Shown here: one piece after another, positions 59,997 to 64,000 of the stretch
Layout of the letters: each line of letters starts with the position of its first letter
Numbering within the stretch: position 1 is the stretch's first letter
Assembly (NCBI RefSeq): GCF_026571515.1
Contig: NW_026867184.1
Coordinates: 310,001 to 374,000 of the forward strand
Reading direction: 5' to 3'
DNA from: Ruditapes philippinarum
Taxonomy: Eukaryota
DNA length: 64,000 bases
Position numbers and translations under genes: made by a program
The notes under the pieces: generated by a model
Seen by the model: only the letters and a program-made list of their open reading frames with translations
The model's database searches: none
Told to the model about the DNA's origin: nothing

Positions 59997-61136
59997 TTAA
60001 CTCGGCATCGTGCGCACGTGATCCAGGTGGGATTCCCGTAGGCCATCGTGTATCTGAATGTTGCAAGGTTCGCAGAATTGTGCGCATTGAAACTGACCTG
60101 GAATAGATATAAAAATAGTAATGTTATTATTGAGTTGCTTAAAATATTATTGATTTCTTTTACAGTGTACAGTATATGTAATTGAAAAGGGCAGAAGGCT
60201 TTTGAAATCGGTTTACAGACAGTCATATAACCGTTTATGTCTTTATAACCATTAATTTGCACAATTGTCTTTTTGATTAAAATAGAAATCAATTCGTAAA
60301 TTTGCATCTAATAATTCTTCATGATTGACCAATGAAAGTCGGCGGAAAGATCGTGTAGTATTTATATATAAAAAAAACAAAAGAAAACAAAGAATCTTCA
60401 TGTAGCATACCGGAGCATTGTGGGCATACCAGTGTCGCTTGGCAATGCAGACAACGGTCACACATCCGATCGCCTGGTCGTGTTGCCGAGATATGGCTGG
60501 TACAAGTTGGATGGAACCGCTTGTGACATGTCTTGCACATTGTTAACGTAATACCTGTAAGCACATGCTCAATTTCCTTCTTACGAAGCATATATAGCTA
60601 TTTTACAGAACCGTTAATAAAGTCCTTTGACGAAAATCCGGGAAAAGTCAGGAAGTGATTTAGATTATTATTTAAAAGATCTAATTAAAATATATCTAAT
60701 TCATTACATTTCACTATAATTGTATTTGCAATTTACTCACCCTACTGTACTGCACTGTGATTTTTTTGTTGTACAGTACTAGTATATTTCGTAATTTTGG
60801 TCGATGCTGTAAATTCAAGTGCGTGCATCATTTAAAATCATGCCGGGTCGCGATACAGCTCCTATTTTTATATACATTTTTTGTATATCTTTTGTCAAAA
60901 ACAAGCTTTTAACCAACTTTGATTTTAGAAAGAAAAAGTGTTAGGTGCTTTTCGTTACTTTTCCTTTAAATTTTTTTTAATTTATATTTATTTTTGTACT
61001 ACTTTGATCTTTCTAGAAAAGCTATACAAAGCAGAAAGGCATACTCACCAAGAATTGTGTTATCACACTTCAATATACTAACGTTTGGGAAAGATGCCGA
61101 GCACCTAGCACATGACAAGCGTCCCTTTTCTCTCAT
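59997..61136 (-). CDS. Putative small zinc-finger protein (PHD-like plus B-box-like), 110 aa
   Basis: Minus-strand exons 61136-61049, 60554-60411 and 60097-59997, all phase 1 with GT-AG sites, give MREKGRLSCARC..MCKTCHKRFHPTC..MCDRCLHCQATLVCPQCSGQFQCAQFCEPCNIQIHDGLRESHLDHVRTMPS*. The first-exon join is less certain. Confidence 0.6.
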
Positions 61137-63339
61137 TTTTATTTGTAATGCATTCACGACGTCTAATGATGACGTCACTTCGTAAGATTATGACGTTAGC
61201 GTTGAAGTGTACACTTTCCCGGATATTGCTAGTAAATTGTTTTTTGAATGCGGCAAAAATGGAGGCAAATGGTTTTGTATATTGAATAACTTTTTCCCCA
61301 TGCAACATCTAAACATTGCTTTTGAAGGCAAGTATCACTGAACTAAACTCAACAAGCCCCATTTCGCTCTTAAATATCATTTATATTACATTTGAAGTTT
61401 TATTTAATGAATTGAAATTTAAAACGACTCATGGCATACATGTACTTTTTTAAACTGAAGATGTTCTTGACTAAAAACAAAAGCTTTACAACTACAATGT
61501 ATGTACTTTATCCACAACAAGCCCATCTAGCTCATTTTTTAAGATTGACATGTTTTGTAGGGTTGTTTTTATCTCATAACAAGGACTAATTTGGCGGAAA
61601 AGTTACAGCACTGTTTCTTTAAGAACTTTCCTCCAATGTAGCTGTGTAAATTGTGTTCAAACGCGATTTATAACCATAAAAAACAAGCTAAATATCATAT
61701 ATTATTATATAACTTATAACTGGGTAAGACTTTTAGTCTTCCTAGGTTATTATGTGCAATCGATTGTTGGTCCGTAATAGGGTCTATCAAACATATATAC
61801 ATATATGGTCGTAACAAGTAGGCGTAAATATACATGAAATATGTCCAGGTGGAGGTATGCTTATTGAAAATTATGAATACTGAATCACGGGGTAGGAATC
61901 TTTGCACGGGTCGGCAGAAACAAAAGTTATCAGACTAAGTCTGCGATATGTTTATAGAACTCTGTGGTCGCTTAAGGGTTTATTTCAAATTTAGGCTATT
62001 TTATAGAATATATCGATATTATTATGAATCAATCGGAACATTTCGGCTTTTATTCATAACCCTTATCCGAAGTTTGAGAAGTTTCGAATGTCTCATTTAA
62101 AGTTACGCCTGAATTTGAAGTAGTTTTGCTTAATTTAATGTAATTATAATTGATATATTTTTTCCGATGGCAATCAAACACCTGAAAATTTGCATCATTT
62201 TTTTTTTAAAAATACATTTATATTTTTCTTATTGTCGAGTCATTTTAAGGTGCTATTTTTCTACATTTGTAGAATATTATAAGGGCTGAGAAAACTTAAA
62301 TGTATCAGAAACGGAAAAAAACTCACGTTTTTCACGAACTTCGTAACGGTTATCGTGCGCAGATGAATACATGGCAAGTTATTAGAAGAATTTCATATAT
62401 CGTGGATAGTTCTTACCACATGATGTACGTTCTATTAACCTATTACCATTCTGTAGAAAAAATATATTAGAATATCAGACATTGAATGTCCAGTTAATGT
62501 TGCCATGTCAAGTAGTTTTTTGCCTTACTGGCACGGCCGTTCCGTTCTTGGTACGTGTAGTTGGATCTCTGCATAGAGTCTGAATAACTAAATTTATATT
62601 AAGAGTCTTTAAAAGTAACAAAATCACGAAGATAAATAGTCGACGGTTTTAAAAGGTAACACATTTCATTTGTCTTACTTTAATTAAGCTGGGTACCTAA
62701 TTATATATCAGTGTATATCAGTCACCAAGATATTTCTACATTGATACATTGATATATATATTTATGAAAAATTAAAACTTAAATAACAGTTTTGATATGA
62801 TTAATCAGGATAAATAACATGACATAAAATAGCATAGCATAGCATATTCATATTTGAACATCTATAATAATACATTATTATATATATTGTATTATTATAG
62901 ATGTTGAAATATGAATTTTTTTCAAAACGGCTTATATTAAGTTTTTTGATATATATGATCAGTACATGTGCTGGGATTGACAAATATGCATTTTATTTGG
63001 ATTTTAAAGGCGTTTTGAGCTCCAAACCCCAAGTGTCTGTGTGTACAGACTCAATCAAACCGAGTCTGCAATTATCATATACACGTAGTTTTGTTGTAAT
63101 TCATGCTTCTAAGGGACACAGATACATGTATACATATAGATCACCTTTTCCCATTTTTTTTCTAAAGCATGAAATCGTTTTATTTCGAAATGTTTTTATC
63201 AATTATCGTTTTCTGTAAATTTACGTCTTTTATTTCAGTGACGAAATTTAATAATCTATTTGATTATGGAGCTAAATATACATGTATATCTGTGCTACAA
63301 AAAAATGCCATATTTTACAAACGTAGGTCTACACGCGTT

Positions 63340-63530
63340 ATAGAATAGAATAGAATAGAACAGAATAATGTTTTATTACCAATCATGGGCCTTCTCAGGC
63401 ATACAATTACATAAAATATCAGTACATTAAATGTACATAAACAAAACAATAATAAGATAACTACAATTACTTATTATGCATAAAAGTTCTATTATTGTTG
63501 TACTGTATAAATGTATTTGACTAAAATGAT
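63340..63530 (-). repeat. LINE 3'-end remnant with (TATTC)n tail; related copy on + at ~55620-55805
   Basis: GCCTG..AAGGCCCAT.ATTGG.AATAAAA + (TATTC)n at both loci. Confidence 0.6.
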
Positions 63531-63818
63531 TATTTATACAATCAGCTATTGACCTGTAAACGCATATTAACATGATGATTGTTTTACACATTTGAATGTA
63601 TTTGACCCCTCACTAGTATGTGGGAAAGATACTTCTATTAGATTGGGAAATAATCTCACAATTATTTGGCATTTTTGGCGTTAGGATGATGGTCGTAAGT
63701 ATTCTATTCGTAAGAAACTTAGCAAATTCAAAACCGGATGTAGTGATTTGTAATTTCGCTTTCGCCGAATTTGCGTTCTTTGTAATCTTTAATTAATAAT
63801 AAGTGTAAGAAAAACACG

Positions 63819-64000
63819 ATGCATTTGACAATAACTACGTTAGATGATAGAATAATGAATGTAGAAGTTAGTGAAGATTTGGAGATTGAAAACTTAAAGG
63901 CCCAGTGTGAATTTGAACTAGGTGTTCCGTCTGCTAATATCAATTTAACATGGGAGGGCCGTCCGCTTGCCGACGAAAAGAAGACCCTTAAGGCATACGG
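63819..64000 (+). CDS. DDI2: DDI1/DDI2 homolog, N-terminal ubiquitin-like domain (partial, runs off the window)
   Basis: MHLTITTLDDRIMNVEVSEDLEIENLKAQCEFELGVPSANINLTWEGRPLADEKKTLKAYG matches the DDI1/2 UBL pattern (V..D.E..N..A.CE.E.G.P.....RPL.D....L..YG); not in the ORF track because it lacks a stop. Confidence 0.88.
   Translation, partial: MHLTITTLDDRIMNVEVSEDLEIENLKAQCEFELGVPSANINLTWEGRPLADEKKTLKAY

Noticed and set aside
59850-60100. TWITCARCRVKYRKKE as a KDZ/HMGXB3-type transposase fragment
   Set aside because: A different frame joins cleanly by phase-1 splicing into a B-box-like motif; the transposase resemblance is short and interrupted.

Overview
AT-rich eukaryotic genomic DNA with spliceosomal introns. 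The repeat landscape (Helentron/HINE-like elements with internal tandem arrays, a Meta-core SINE, CR1- and RTEX-like LINEs) points to a bivalve mollusc, most likely an oyster. Two housekeeping genes bracket the window: an 11-exon cyclin L gene (9160-17534, +) and the first exon of a DDI1/DDI2 gene (63819-end, +). Between them lies a TE-rich accessory region with three notable genes. (1) A ~1,940-aa gene reconstructed across a 12.8-kb intron, with the architecture CXorf38-like (HEPN-type, RxxxxH) domain - basic cluster - single transmembrane helix - TANC/NPHP3-type NACHT NTPase - ankyrin repeats. This predicts that the STAND/ankyrin sensor sits on the opposite side of a membrane from its putative RNase effector. 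A donor-dead duplicate of its first coding exon lies 9 kb upstream. (2) A secreted 3-exon polyprotein of six CxC..C..C..CC trans-defensin-like modules. (3) A probable 110-aa PHD/B-box mini-gene on the minus strand. Cyclin L intron 5 holds candidate poison exons and a putatively deeply conserved element. Cyclin L exons 5 and 11 show clear sequencing/assembly errors, so frameshifts elsewhere in the window cannot be taken as real without checking reads.
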